In this document: one piece after another, positions 10,385-22,845 of the stretch
How positions within the stretch are numbered: position 1 is the stretch's first letter
Layout: every line of letters starts with the position of its first letter
Source: Vermamoeba vermiformis
Taxonomy: Eukaryota
NCBI GenBank assembly: GCA_045837725.1
Contig: JBEWZL010000119.1
Coordinates: 1-64,000, forward strand
Direction of reading: 5' to 3'
DNA length: 64,000 nt
The notes under the pieces: model-generated
What the model was told of the DNA's origin: nothing
The model's input: only the letters and a program-made list of their open reading frames with translations
The model's database searches: none
Program-made: the position numbers and the translations under genes

Positions 10385-12113
10385 TTACAGGTGTTCATTT
10401 GGAAATGAGTCCCCAAATATGCCATCAAAGCTGAAAGAATCGAAGATATCGGTGCCAGTCGACGAAGCAAGTTCTTGAATGTATCGTTCAAACAGTGCAT
10501 CTGTCGTGGGCTCAATGCAGTTATTGTACTCTCCTCGCCGCAGCGTGTCAAGCTCTTCTTGTAAAAACATTTCTTCGCGCAAGAACATCTCATCGTTGTT
10601 GTCAATTGGGGCCATATAGTCCATGCTATCAACAGTGGGCACTTCTTTTGGCACGTTGTTGGCCTTGCTCACACTGTCTTGAGGAACGTATGCAGTGCGT
10701 GACTCGGTTGGGTTACTGCGTAATGAGACACCGTGGAATGGAGCCAACACAACAGTGCCTGCTGGCTGCGCTGGGGTTCCTGGCCGCGAAGGAAGATCAG
10801 TGCACGGTGTCGAGTGACTGCTAACGCTCAACATCATGTCGTCTGATTCCACTCCTGCCGAGTCATTGGCAGTGCTTGGTGTGAGGACCACGGAGCACGA
10901 GTCATCGATCGATGGACTTCTGTCAGAGTCGTGAATAGACAGCTGCAGAGCCAAGTGCGTGATGCTCTCACTGCTGTCTGTCCTCTTCATTGTGCCGCTG
11001 CGGAATGTCTGTTCGCCGCTGGACTCGAAACTAAGTTCGCTGTTGACCGACTGGCAGCTTGATTTGCGCGACAAGGCTCGTTCGTACTCCGCGCTGCTGA
11101 CGCTCGACCTGCGCAGTTCATCACTACTATTGCTCTTGCGCACGCGAGTGATGGCACTATCTGAGTGACGTAAACTGATGCGGCCCATGTTTGCGTCTGC
11201 TTCTTGCGAGTCACTTTCGTCGTCCAAATCACCGCTGACGAGGGCTCGTGCATCCACGTGCGAAGTTTGCTCGCTTATGACAGCAAAGGTAAATTCGACT
11301 GAAGTGAGGCGTTCTTGCTTGTCTGAATATGCTTGCATTAATTTACGCAATTCAATGCATCGATTGGTCGCCAGCAAACTTACCACGGAGGAACGTTAGG
11401 ATCTTGTGGGATTTGTAGCAACCCTCGCCCAAATAACGCACATGGCCATTATTGAAAGGGTGACTAAATAACAATACTTTCTTCTGACGAGTTTGATGGT
11501 CTTTGATGGCGGCATTAATTGCAATAGCATTCAGATCACCTGAACGTAAATCCGGTTAGTACGCAACAAAAAAAGGAAAATAATGCGCCAAAATTTTATC
11601 TTACCCTCTCGCCCAATTGTCGTATATATATACGATGTATTGTTCTCCTAATTGATCACGATCAGCAAGAGGCGAGACGATCGTTACAAGTTCCGAATAA
11701 CTTACTTGGAAACCATCTCGGAAATAATAAAATGACTTCGATTTCTTACTATGAGCAAATAAGAAAATAAAGGGATAGCACGAAGCGATCGATATTCCAC
11801 CTCGTTGGGAGCCTGTAAACCAAAAAAACGGTTAGGTATTACGAACAATCGCGGTCTAAGTTGTATATAATACCTCCGTAGTGCTCATGTATATGTTGAC
11901 GTAGGTACACTTGACCGACGACAAAAGGAATCGTTCCATCCATTCCTAAAAAAATCAGTTGGTACAAAATCCGCATTCGGACCGGAAGATGAAATTAATA
12001 AACAAATGCAACTTACCTTCGCTAAAACTGGACCTTCTTTTTTTCTTGGGCTTTGAATTTTCTTTTTCGGCCCGTTTGCGTTTATTCGCCGGACTCGGCG
12101 GATTAGCATACAT
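10385..12113 (-). CDS. Nuclear protein: bipartite NLS + ScoMcrA-type SRA domain + long Ser-rich disordered region + acidic/aromatic C-terminus
   Basis: Six exons splice in frame: MYANPPSPANKRKRAEKENSKPKKKRR..VGQVYLRQHIHEHYGGSQRGGIS..PFIFLF..YFRDGFQENNTSYIYTTIGREGD..NAAIKDH..KVLLF..VRYLGE..DKQERLTSVEFTF, matching the bacterial SRA-HNH-type SRA pattern. Confidence 0.7.
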
Positions 12114-12338
12114 TCGTCAAAAAGCTCCGCAGAATATTTTTGGTGATACGCCTCGGGCAAAAATACCTCGGGTAAGCACGCGTAATTCTAGTCGTGGTCT
12201 TCTTCGCGTACAGAAAATGGAATTGTCATTATTTTTCGGCGCGTGTTCTTTTTGGAAGTTTTTTTTTAGCGCTGCTGCGGACCCAAAAAAAGGCGGAGAA
12301 CTGCACTTACAATATTAGCAAAAACGACCACAACAAGA

Positions 12339-13437
12339 ATGGCAAAGACTACCTCGCTCACGCTTTTAAAGCTTGGTAGTTCTTTTTTGTTCTTTTTGGT
12401 GGGCTTTCTCTGGGACGGTAAGATCTGATCATCTTGTTCTCTGACTCCTCGATCTAATACTATTATTATCAGATATAATGACCGGCGTTGCAATGTATCG
12501 TGCTCGCAACTTACTTTCGAACCCAAAAGACAATCCAACCTTGCCAGACATGGGATTCGATTTACTTCCTTACGCAAATATCTGTAAGGAAAGTATGCTA
12601 CCTAGCTTGGTTCTATTAGCATTTATGTGTAAGTATCTAAATGGTGATGAATTTTCGAACGAAATAATTGATTTTAATTCGATCAATTTTTTTAGTGGCC
12701 ACACTGTTCCGCCATATGATTTTCGATAAGCAAAATGGCTTGGTGAATTTTTGTAGATTTTGTATTTTAGATGGCATTGGTAAGTGATAAACAAAATTCG
12801 TAAATATCTAATTATTATTTTGTTACAGTGATGTCTTTACGTGCCACAACTGTCGCCCTCACTTCGGTATGTTTCACGTGTGGTATTTTGTTGGTTTCTG
12901 ATTAGCTAATCAATAATTATTTACTAGCTGAACAACCCTTGGCCGCAGTGTGACTTCTGCGGAGGAGTGGATGCAGGTCACTGTCCACAATCACTCTTCG
13001 AATCTATTTGGCTCACAGTGCAAAAGTTTCCGCTGTTTGACTGCGGTGATTTGATCTTCAGCGGACACACCGTGCACTTCTTGTTGTGTGCGTTCATTTG
13101 GGACGAGGCAGGCTGGGGACTCAGACGTCGCGCACAAAAACTCGCCGCGCATGGACTGTGGCGCGCGTTGCTGTGGATCTACGTCATCTGCGGCGTGTGC
13201 ACGCTGATCATGTGCCGATTCCACTACTCGGTTGATGTCGTAGTCGGCGCGTACATTTCATTCTTAGTGTGGAAATACTACGACTATTTGCACCTCTCTG
13301 GCGATGACGGATATCTAGCGCGATTCATCACGTGGATTGAGACACCTAACAGCGCGCTGATTGACGAGATTGAGGACAAACAGCCCCTCACTTACTGGCA
13401 ACACACTCGCCGCTTCGCACAAGGCAGCAGGCAGTAA
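12339..13437 (+). CDS. Sphingomyelin/IPC synthase-like (PAP2_C) membrane enzyme
   Basis: LPDMGFDLLP, CGDLIFSGHT, RFHYSVDVVVG catalytic motifs; multiple TM segments; several short introns. Confidence 0.85.
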
Positions 13438-13527
13438 ATTCAATCACTTGTAAATAAATCAAACGGCTTTCATTGGCCGAGGATCTGTGTTAAATTCGCG
13501 CTTTATTGTTATTTAGAATTATTTCAC

Positions 13528-15488
13528 TTAATCACTTTCACTGTCCGAGCTGTCTGAAGCCAACTTGAGGTGACCAGATCTCTCTTGAGGAGCGTCAATA
13601 ATGCGACCCATCTTAGGTTCTTTTTTCTGTTCGTAGTGTCGTTAGCATACGTGTTATCAAACCATTAAAAGTCTTACCTTAGTAGCCATATTGAATTGAT
13701 ACAAATCTTGGGGTACGACTTGATTGGTTTGTTTTAAGATGGCCACAAGACCAGCAGCGTGATGCTTGTCGAACTTTGTGAAGAACATGTGCGCAATGCC
13801 TTTACGACCTGCACGGCCTGTACGACCGATACGATGCACGTAGTCCCTACGTAGACAATTAATATTACTTTCGAATATAATAGTATATTATAGTTACGTA
13901 CTCCAAAGTGAGTGGAGCAGCGAATTGAATGACAGCTTCAACGGCGGGAATGTCAAGACCGCGAGCAGCAACATCGGTGGCGACGAGAATGGGAGCATTG
14001 CCACCTTTGAATTCAGCCAAGTTGCGCGTTCTCTCGGCTTGACCTCGATCACCCGATAAGGCAACGACGGGCCACTTGCGGGAGGTCAACACGCGCTGCA
14101 AACGATCGACTTCTTTGCGATGGGTGGCGAAGATGAGAATGCGACGCATGCCTTGGTCCCAGTACATCTGCAAGACCTGCAACAAACGAGCATCACGAGC
14201 GGTGTCTTCGAGCACCTCCACCACTTGTGTAATATTCTGATTGGCTGCCAAACGAGTGGAGCCAACACCAATCTTGACGGGATTGTTCAAGAACTCGCTG
14301 GCCAATTGTTGAATAGACTCGGGCCAAGTAGCGCTGAACATGAGTGTTTGACGTTGTTTCTGACAGGCGCCAATCAACTTGCGAATGTCTTGTTCGAAGC
14401 CGAGATCAAGCATGCGATCAGCTTCGTCCAAGACCAAGTAGTTGACTCCTCCCAAGCGACAGACACCGTCGTTCATCAAGTCAATCAAGCGACCAGGTGT
14501 GCCAATCACAACATTGATTCCTCCGCGGAACAACTTAATTTGCGGTTCTTTGGGCACACCTCCGTAGACACAGACACTCTTCAGACCGCAAGGACGGCAC
14601 ATTTCTTCGCAGATATCAGCTGTTTGTTGCGCCAATTCACGAGTGGGTGCGAGAATAAGAATAGAGGGCTGAGCTTTCTTGAACTTCTCGGGACTTTGTT
14701 TCATTTCTTTGAGCAAATGACCCAGAATTGGCAAGCTGAACGCTAGAGTTTTGCCAGAACCAGTCTCCGCAATACCGATCTGCCAACAACATCAGTACTG
14801 AATGCAATTAGATTATAGTAGTGCACATACGACGTCGCGGTTGGCGAGCAATGGAGGCCAGCACAAGCTTTGGATCGGGGTTGGTCTATTTTGATTTAAA
14901 TTAGCTGGTGAATTACAACGAACGAATCGTATTAACTTACTTTTCGAATTTTTTGCAGTAGTCCATTAGCTCTTTGGGAATAATCGGCTTGAGTGTTTCA
15001 AAAGAGTTGATGGGTTCGAACTGATCGTTATCTTTGTTAAAATCACCGTCGAATCTCAAGGCTCCCCTAATTAATGGCAATTAATTAGAAGCAATTTTAA
15101 AGAACAATACATTGTTTGGTAACCCGATCAAAGTTGGATCGAAGATGGATCGACGAACTTACTTGTCTCCTTCTGCCTCTTCATTGTCCTCTCCGTTCTC
15201 TTCATCACTTTCTTTTTTCTTCTTATCTTTCTTATCCTTCTTATCTTTTTTGTGCTTTTTTGTTTCGCGATCGTCAACTTGATCGGTCGAATCTCTTTTT
15301 CTCTTCTTTTGATTTTCTCCCTCATGAGAATGACCGTTAGTACCATTAGTACCATTAATTTGATCCTTTGTTTCTTGTTCGTTGGCTTGATCGGGATCTT
15401 CTCGTTTTCTCTTTTTATCTTTTTTGTCCTTCTTATCCTTCTTGTGTTTTTTGTCTTTTTTATCCTTTACTCGGTGTTCAACTTCCAT
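13528..15488 (-). CDS. DEAD-box RNA helicase, DBP3/DBP2 subfamily, Lys/Asp-rich N-terminus
   Basis: [45 protein letters not shown] motifs across spliced exons. Confidence 0.9.
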
Positions 15489-15758
15489 TTTTATTTGATT
15501 ATGAAAATAATTAACTTCACGGATCGTTGATCTAATCCAACACTAAGGGTTCGTAACTTAATTAATTGACCCGCGTGGTCGTGGTCGTGGTCGTGGTGGT
15601 GGTGAGGTAGCAAACCAAAAAGTAAGCTGACTGAACATAAATGTCAAAATAACGCCAAACAAACCAAAAAAAATAAAATTGATAAAAAACGAATCTGAGA
15701 GAGCTGACTAATTAAGGAAACTTTATAATTTAACGATTTTACATATTAGGTCAACGCC

Positions 15759-18046
15759 TTATTTGCGTCGCTTGCCACCTCGCTTCTTGCCACCGCGTCC
15801 TCTGCCACGGCCTTTACCACCACCACGGCTTTGGCTCTTGCCACCGCGCGGGGCATTTTGGTTGGCAGCGGGCTTGTCTTCTTCACCCTCACCAGACTCA
15901 TCGTCTTCACCTTCACCTTCTTCAGCCTTAGTCTCAGCTTGACCCTCGGTCTTATTCTCGGGCTCGCTTTTGGCTTCTTCGGGCTTGGTCTCCTCGGCCT
16001 TGGGCTCTTCAGTCTTGACCTCCTCAGTCTTGACCTCAGCAGCAGGTTGCGGCTCTTCAGTCTTGGTCGCAGGCTCAGCCTTCACAGGAGAGTTCTTGCC
16101 CTCCTTTTCCTTGCGCAACTTCTCCATAAAGGCAAGTTTTTCTTGTTCGAGTCTCGCGGCTTCTTCGTCAGCAGCTTGTTGGGCTTGGTCAATTTCTTGA
16201 CGGCTGGCCTCTTCCTTTTCACGGCGCAACTTCTCCATGAACTCTTGCTTGGCACGCTCTTCGTCACTCAAAGCTTGTTCTACTTGTTGGGCATCTTCTT
16301 GCTTGATCTTTTCAGCTTCTTGCTTCAACTTTTCTTCCTCAGCAAGAGCAGCTTCACGCTTTTGTCTTTCTTCTTCTTCGTGTTGTTGCAATTCAGCTTG
16401 ACGTTGCTTCTCAGCCTCTTCGCGTTGTTGTTGAGCACGAGCTTCTTCCTCTTCCTTTTGTCTCTGTTCCTCAGCAAGAGCAGCTTCACGCTTTTGTCTC
16501 TCCTCTTCTTCGTGTCGTTGCAATTCAGCTTGACGTTGTTTCTCAGCCTCTTCGCGTTGTTGTTGAGCACGAGCTTCTTCCTCAGCACGAGCAGCCTCTT
16601 GCTTCTGTCTCTCTTCTTCTTCTTCCTTTTGTCTTTGTTCTTCAGCAAGAGCAGCTTCACGCTTTTGTCTTTCTTCTTCTTCGTGTTGTTGCAATTCAGC
16701 TTGACGTTGTTTCTCAGCCTCTTCGCGTTGTTGTTGAGCACGAGCTTCTTCCTCAGCACGAGCGGCCTCTTCTTTTTGTTTTTGCTCTTCCTCTTGACGC
16801 TTTCTCTCGTCTTCTTCACGTTGAAGTCTTTCGGCCTCTTCCTCACGTTGCTTGGCTTGTTCTAAGGCCTCTTGTTGCTTGCGTTGTTCTTCAGCGAGTT
16901 CAGCTTCACGTCTTTGACGATCTTCCTCTTCACGTTGTTTTTGTTCGGCCTCAGCCTTTTGTCTCTGTTCCTCAGCAAGAGCAGCTTCACGCTTTTGTCT
17001 CTCTTCTTCTTCGTGTCGTTGCAACTCAGCTTGACGTTGCTTCTCAGCCTCTTCGCGTTGTTGTTGAGCATGAGCTTCCTCTTCTTCTTTTTGGCGTTGC
17101 TGTTCAGCAAGAGCAGCTTCACGTTTTTGTTTCTCTTCCTCTTCACGTTGTTGCAGCTCGGCTTGACGTTGCTTTTCGGCTTCCTCGCGTTGTTGTTGAG
17201 CACGAGCCTCATCATCTTGTGTTTGAGGGGTAGCCGTAGGAGTCTCGGTTTGAGTCTTGGTCTCGGTAGCAGTCACATCGGACTTGGTAGTGGTGCGTGT
17301 AACACCTGAAGGATAGTGTTGCTTGCAATAGAGCACACCTTCAAGAGATTGATAGTTCTCAACTTTCAGCAACAAATTGCATGCTGAGCAACGCAAGCAA
17401 GTCTTGTGATACGCCTGAACACAAATCATACTTAGAACCTTTGCGCGTAGTACTACACGATATGACACGTACCTTGCCGTTAACATCGACCCTGTCGGTG
17501 AAGTACAAAATCTTCGCGCACTTGTCGCAACGTTCCAAAGAGCCACCAAACTTGGGCTTAGCAGTGGCCGCTGCTGTGTCATGCGGACTGGGCTCAGCAG
17601 CACGAGGACTGGGTTGAGTCGCTTCAACGGGCTTAGTTTCGAACACTTGCTTCAAGTCGCGAGCGGAGACTTGTTTCTTCAACTGAGGCTCGCTGCTGGT
17701 AGTAGTCTCAGCAGCAGGCGTGGGATTGTTCGCGGCTTGTTGCGCAACTGAGGCTTGGAAACCACTCTCGTAGTTGCCCTTCAACTTGAACAGCTGGGTG
17801 TAGTGGGGCTTGCAGTAGACTTTGTCGCCAACGGATGACACTTGACCGACTTTCAAAGTAGTGCCGCAGTGTGCGCATTTGAAGCAACCCTGACAGAAAG
17901 GTAAGGACAGATTCGGACCCCACAAAAATATAACTAAATCTTACTCTGTGGTAATGACGACCCTCTACAGTAACGCGCTCAAGAGGATAAGCTGTTTTTC
18001 CACAGTTTACGCACTTGCCAGTTTGGCTGTTGATATTACTGCTCAT
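15759..18046 (-). CDS. Two LIM domains + long E/Q/R-rich repeat helix + RGG-like tail (cytoskeletal protein)
   Basis: CVNC..YHR.CFKCAHC..YCKPH and CDKC..YHKTCLRCSAC..YCKQH LIM signatures; charged repeat region; GRGRGRGG tail. Confidence 0.85.
16335..17210 (-). repeat. Coding tandem repeat, ~5 copies of ARAQQQREEAEKQRQAELQ.HEEEERQKREAALAEE
   Basis: Near-identical ~110-bp DNA units visible in the LIM gene. Confidence 0.9.
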
Positions 18047-18766
18047 CTGTGCATCAGAAAATCATTAATAAATTTCGGTCGAATTGACTAAATTGTAAAA
18101 AACTTGGTCCTCAATAACGAAACTAATCACTGGAAAAAAGTAATAATTACAAATTAAAGTAAAGCGAGTCGCAGTCGTAGATCCTTTCGCGCCACTCCAA
18201 CAAAAAAAAAATTAAACAAAACGGCACTTACTATAATCTAGCGAGTCTGAACGTGGAACAGTTGTTGTTACGAACAGTATATGTCAAAAATAATAAAAGC
18301 AATCAATCGGAGTAACGGTAAAAAAAAAAAAAAGATTTTGTGCCCTGGCAGAGGAGCTCAATAAAGCTAACAAGTTTGATGAAACGACACAACACGACTA
18401 CTACTTGAGCCCACACCACTGCTACTATTGCACTCGAACTACCCTGATGGGATTGATGAACAACGCATGCTGTTCGATCAAAGCCACTTACTCGCGAGTA
18501 GCAATACGGAAGCTCTTAAGAGCCTAAATTTATTTTGCGAGTATACATTATTGCCAGTGCAGGTGCGTAAGCAAGTGTTGGACTCGCAAATAATATTCGC
18601 ACACAATTTTCAAAATATTTTGGTTTCGTTTGAGTTTTCGACTGTTATTCGCGCAATTAAACTAACTTGGTGCACCACATCGCCTTAGCTTCAATACTAC
18701 ATTTTATTTTTATTTCTATCTTTTAACATCAACCACAACTCGTTCGACAACGAAAAGCTGCCAGAG

Positions 18767-20350
18767 ATGGAGACCATGAAACAATTCCCGCCAATTTTGC
18801 TTCCCAAGCCAGTGGTGACAGAAGAAGACGCCTTGCTAGGAATGGTGAATAACAAGCTGCTTAGTGACTTCTACATCATTGTAGAACCTGACCATAACGC
18901 AGATCAGCAGGACCACGATCACTCGCAGTGGTATGTCAATTTCGGCGTCAAATTGAAAATTAAGAATTAATAACTCTTTATTATAGTTGTGACGATCATA
19001 TTATCTATGCACATCAGTTCGTGCTTGGCATTCATAATGAGTATTTTATGACTTTGTTCAAAGGTACCTTTGGAGAATTTATATACAACGATAGACGCAT
19101 TAACTATACTAATACATTCTTCTCTGGTCAATCAGGTGAATTTTTTAAAGAGAGGTAAAACTCGATTAGTAGCTGATTGTATTTTGAACGATTGCGCTAA
19201 CATTGCATCAGAAAATGCTTCCATATCAATTGCACCGATGAGCTGACTTGGGGTGCGCAGTGGCCAGTCGACGAGTTCAAACAAGTTTTCGTCCATCTGC
19301 TGCGCTATATTTATTCAGGGCTTCATGGTCTGAAAAACATCAAATTGAGCACCCAGCACTTTATATTGCTATGCAGGTAAGAGGTCATGTCATTAAATGA
19401 ATACTGGATATGCGTGTCAGTACTCGCGACTAATAGTTTTGCGCGCCAAACAGAATGGTGAATTTCTTCCGCGCCACGACGCGATTGAATCAAAGCTTTC
19501 AAGCATTCATTGCCAAGTGGTTGAGCGAGAATGATTTGACCGAGGGCTACTTTGAAGTGTTGCGCTGTCTCAAACAACTCAGTCTGATCGAGACTGTTGA
19601 TGCCGTGCTCGAAGGTGAGTTCTAATCTAGACGCGTTGTTGTAGCATTAACCGCACTATAAGTCGCTACTATGCACATATATTGCTTCGTCGTTGCATGT
19701 CTAATCCATGGTGTTCAGACATTTTTCGCACCAAGTTGCGCGAGTCCATCAAGCGTCAAGTGTGGGGCAAGCTGTTCCCCTTTGTCAGATCCACGTCACT
19801 CACCTTTGAAGGGCGCGTGATGAAGCACTTTGTCTTCGAGGACTTTGTGTTCTATTACTCCATCGTCAAGTGCATGCACACTTCGTCCAAGTTCTTGAAC
19901 AAATATCTGCGCAATGCCTTCGACGAACTAATGAGCGAGTTGTATTCGCAAGTCAAGGCCGCGGAGAGCGATGCCAATGAAGAGAGTCGACGCGTCATTG
20001 TGCGCGAACAGATCCGCAACTTGATCAAGTGCATCGTCACCTCGGCCAAAGAGTTGCAAGAGTCTTCAGCTCCTCCCGCACCAGTCAAAGTCAAAGACCC
20101 CAATTCACCGCGCGGCAAAGGCGAAGTTCCCAATGATATGCAGCTGCGTGAGGCCGTCAAGTTCTTGCTCTGCTTGTTGGGTGTGATCGAGAACCGCGAT
20201 CAGTTGCGCGGCTTGTTGACGGAATGCAAAGTGAATCAATATTGGGACAAATTATATCCCTTCGATAATTATGCCAGCAGTCGTTCAAGCAAGTTGGTCA
20301 TCAAGGATTTGGATCTGTACCAGCTCCTTGGCGAAGCGGCTGCGCACTAA
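18767..20350 (+). CDS. BTB/POZ domain protein
   Basis: NNKLLSDFYIIVE..IYAHQFVL..SEY-like..F..LLRYIYSG; several short introns. Confidence 0.7.
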
Positions 20351-20542
20351 AAACAAATTTTGTGGAACATCTACCATTGTAAATATGTGATATAGCGATG
20401 TAAATAAACGGTTGTAACTGTATTTATTTTTGTTTATGTGGCCGTGGGAAATCTTTCGGGTGCATATCTATTTTTGGAACTCGTGTACCGTTATCGTGGG
20501 AGAACTTTTGATTAACTTTTAATACAAATATACTAGCATAGA

Positions 20543-22493
20543 ATGACGATGCAACAGTCTGTCACTAAGAAGACCAATGGGTACTTCCAGATCGACTTCT
20601 CGCAGATCATGGAGAGGCAGGATTCGCCAATAATCTCCAGACAACGAGCCTCTTTCGTATTGTCTAAGCTAGGGTATGTGGATTTCGATGATATGCATCC
20701 GGTCTGATTTGAAAATTTGTTTTAGAGAGTCCCCAACAAAAGAAAATGCTGTGAGCAAATCCGTACCAATCGAAGTTAAAAAAGAGTGGCTGCGTCCTGG
20801 ATACACCTTGGAACGAGCAGTCTATGATAAAACTGTCATGGCTGCATTTCGGGAGTATTTAATTTCAATCCAAGCTAGAGAGTCCCTTGCGTTCTGGTTA
20901 GAAACTGGTAATGTTCACCACATTATTATATATTACGGGTCACATCATGCCACTATATTCGCTTTAATAATTAATTAATTTACATAAAATAACCGTTTTG
21001 AGATCCAAAACTAATTTGCTGCCAAGCTACAGAAGCCGTAAAGCATAATTTCAATGCATCGTTCTAACAATTAATTAGCTATTTATCGCACTTTGACCGC
21101 CAATCAGCAACAACGTCGTGCACGAGAGATATACGACAAATATTTCAAAACGGGCGGTGAATATGAACTCGCGATCGAGAATTTGGATATCAAGGTACTT
21201 AATTCATCGTATTAAGCTTCGTAGAGCAATTTTGTACACATTTGTCACGTGGATCTGACCCTAGCTTCACTAGACCCTGCAAGAGAACATTGAGCGCGGG
21301 GCCAATGAGAACACATTCGCCGAGTGTCAGAACGAGGTGTGGACAGTGCTCTCCATTCAGTGCTTCCCGCGCTTCAAAAAGTCACAGTACTGGGAGGACC
21401 TCATTTCAGGGGTGGACTCGACGAGCATCACCAACAAGAGCAACCGTCGCAACACATTAGGACACCTCGACAAGTATCTCAATCGCAAAGCAGGGGCTGG
21501 CAAGATGATGCTGTCACCGCGCGAGGCAGAACTCGGCGCAGAGGACTTGTTGTACCACCGCAACATGTTCATCGACTTCACCAATCACTTCAAGGGCACT
21601 GACTGCATTTTGTACTTCTCGTTCTGGCTCGCTGCCGGTAAGTGACATACATCAAGCCGTAGTGCTCGTGCTAATAGGACATTGCACAGAAATCTATCGT
21701 GCCAAGGCTGACGCAGATCTGGCCAGTGAAGCACAGCGCATTTGGAGCAAATATTTCGCCGCTGAACCCAAATTAATTCCTCCGCACGTCGAGCACTTGG
21801 TACGCGCCACATATTGGCAGCGTCGTTGATCTAATCGCGTTCATTCAGGCATTTTTACGTGAAGTCCAATCACGTCCCTCGAAGCAGACTTATGTCCTCG
21901 CGCAAAACAATGTGTGGCGCAACATCAAATTGAAGTTTTTCCCGCTCTACCTCGAGACCAAGACATTTAGCGATTTCTTGAATGGCACCAAGCCTGATCC
22001 ACTGCACCGCGAAGTACTTGAAGTCTACGACAAGTACGTCACCTTCCGCAACAATGCACTCGCGGACGACATTGAACGACGCGATGCAATTGCAGTGGTG
22101 GAGAAGAAGTTGCTCGAGTGCAAGATTAAGCGCGGCATTGTGACGATGCGTGACATAATGTTAGATCGTCGCTTCTGTCCTGCACTGCGCGACTTTTTGC
22201 ACAAATGTTACGCAGATGAGCTACTCTCGTTCTACATTGACGCAGAGTTGTATGAAGTGTACGAGGGCGAGGCACGCGCTCAACACTTGGCTGCGATGAA
22301 GAGCAGATTCTTTGACAAAAGCAGCGACTATTACTTGGAGACGGAGCACACCTTGACCGACGAGGACTTTGCTGCCGCGAAACCAGATCTGTTCGAAGGA
22401 CTGAAAGTAGAAGTGTTCAAAACTATCAAAGAGCAGTATTTAAACAACTTCCTTGCTACGGAGGAGTTCAAACAATTGCATTTAGGTATGTAA
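20543..22493 (+). CDS. Protein with three tandem RGS domains
   Basis: AFREYL..ESLAFWLE..EIYDKYF; FTNHFK..FSFWLAA; ALRDFLHKCYADELLSFYIDAELY..FLATEEF. Confidence 0.75.
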
Positions 22494-22845
22494 CGGTTTA
22501 ATATATTGAAAGTCTCAATGTATTGACTTGCCTTGCAGTCCTACATAAGCAACCTACTTTAACACGAAATGGAACTATTGCACGATTAGAAGAATTGCGT
22601 CGGTAAGTAGCGCATCGCTCTGCACTGTAAATGCATCGTATTGACCTGCAACAGTTGGAATCAAAGTGACGATCAGAGTCAAATGGAGTCCTTGAGCGAA
22701 AGCAAAGAGATGATTAACAACACGAATGAACTGCCTGCAAACAACAACTAAGAGAGTTGACTTCATGTACAGAGCGCGTTTGGCACGAATAAATAAGGTT
22801 TATTTATAGAACACTGCTGACATTGTGCAACAGTGCGACACAAAT

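Noticed and set aside
15574-15603. (CGTGGT)n/(GGT)n short tandem repeat
   Set aside because: Too short to be telomeric or a CRISPR-like array; ordinary microsatellite
15831-17309. Long Leu/Phe/Ser-rich plus-strand ORFs (344 aa, 145 aa)
   Set aside because: Antisense shadows of the E/Q/K-rich LIM-protein repeat
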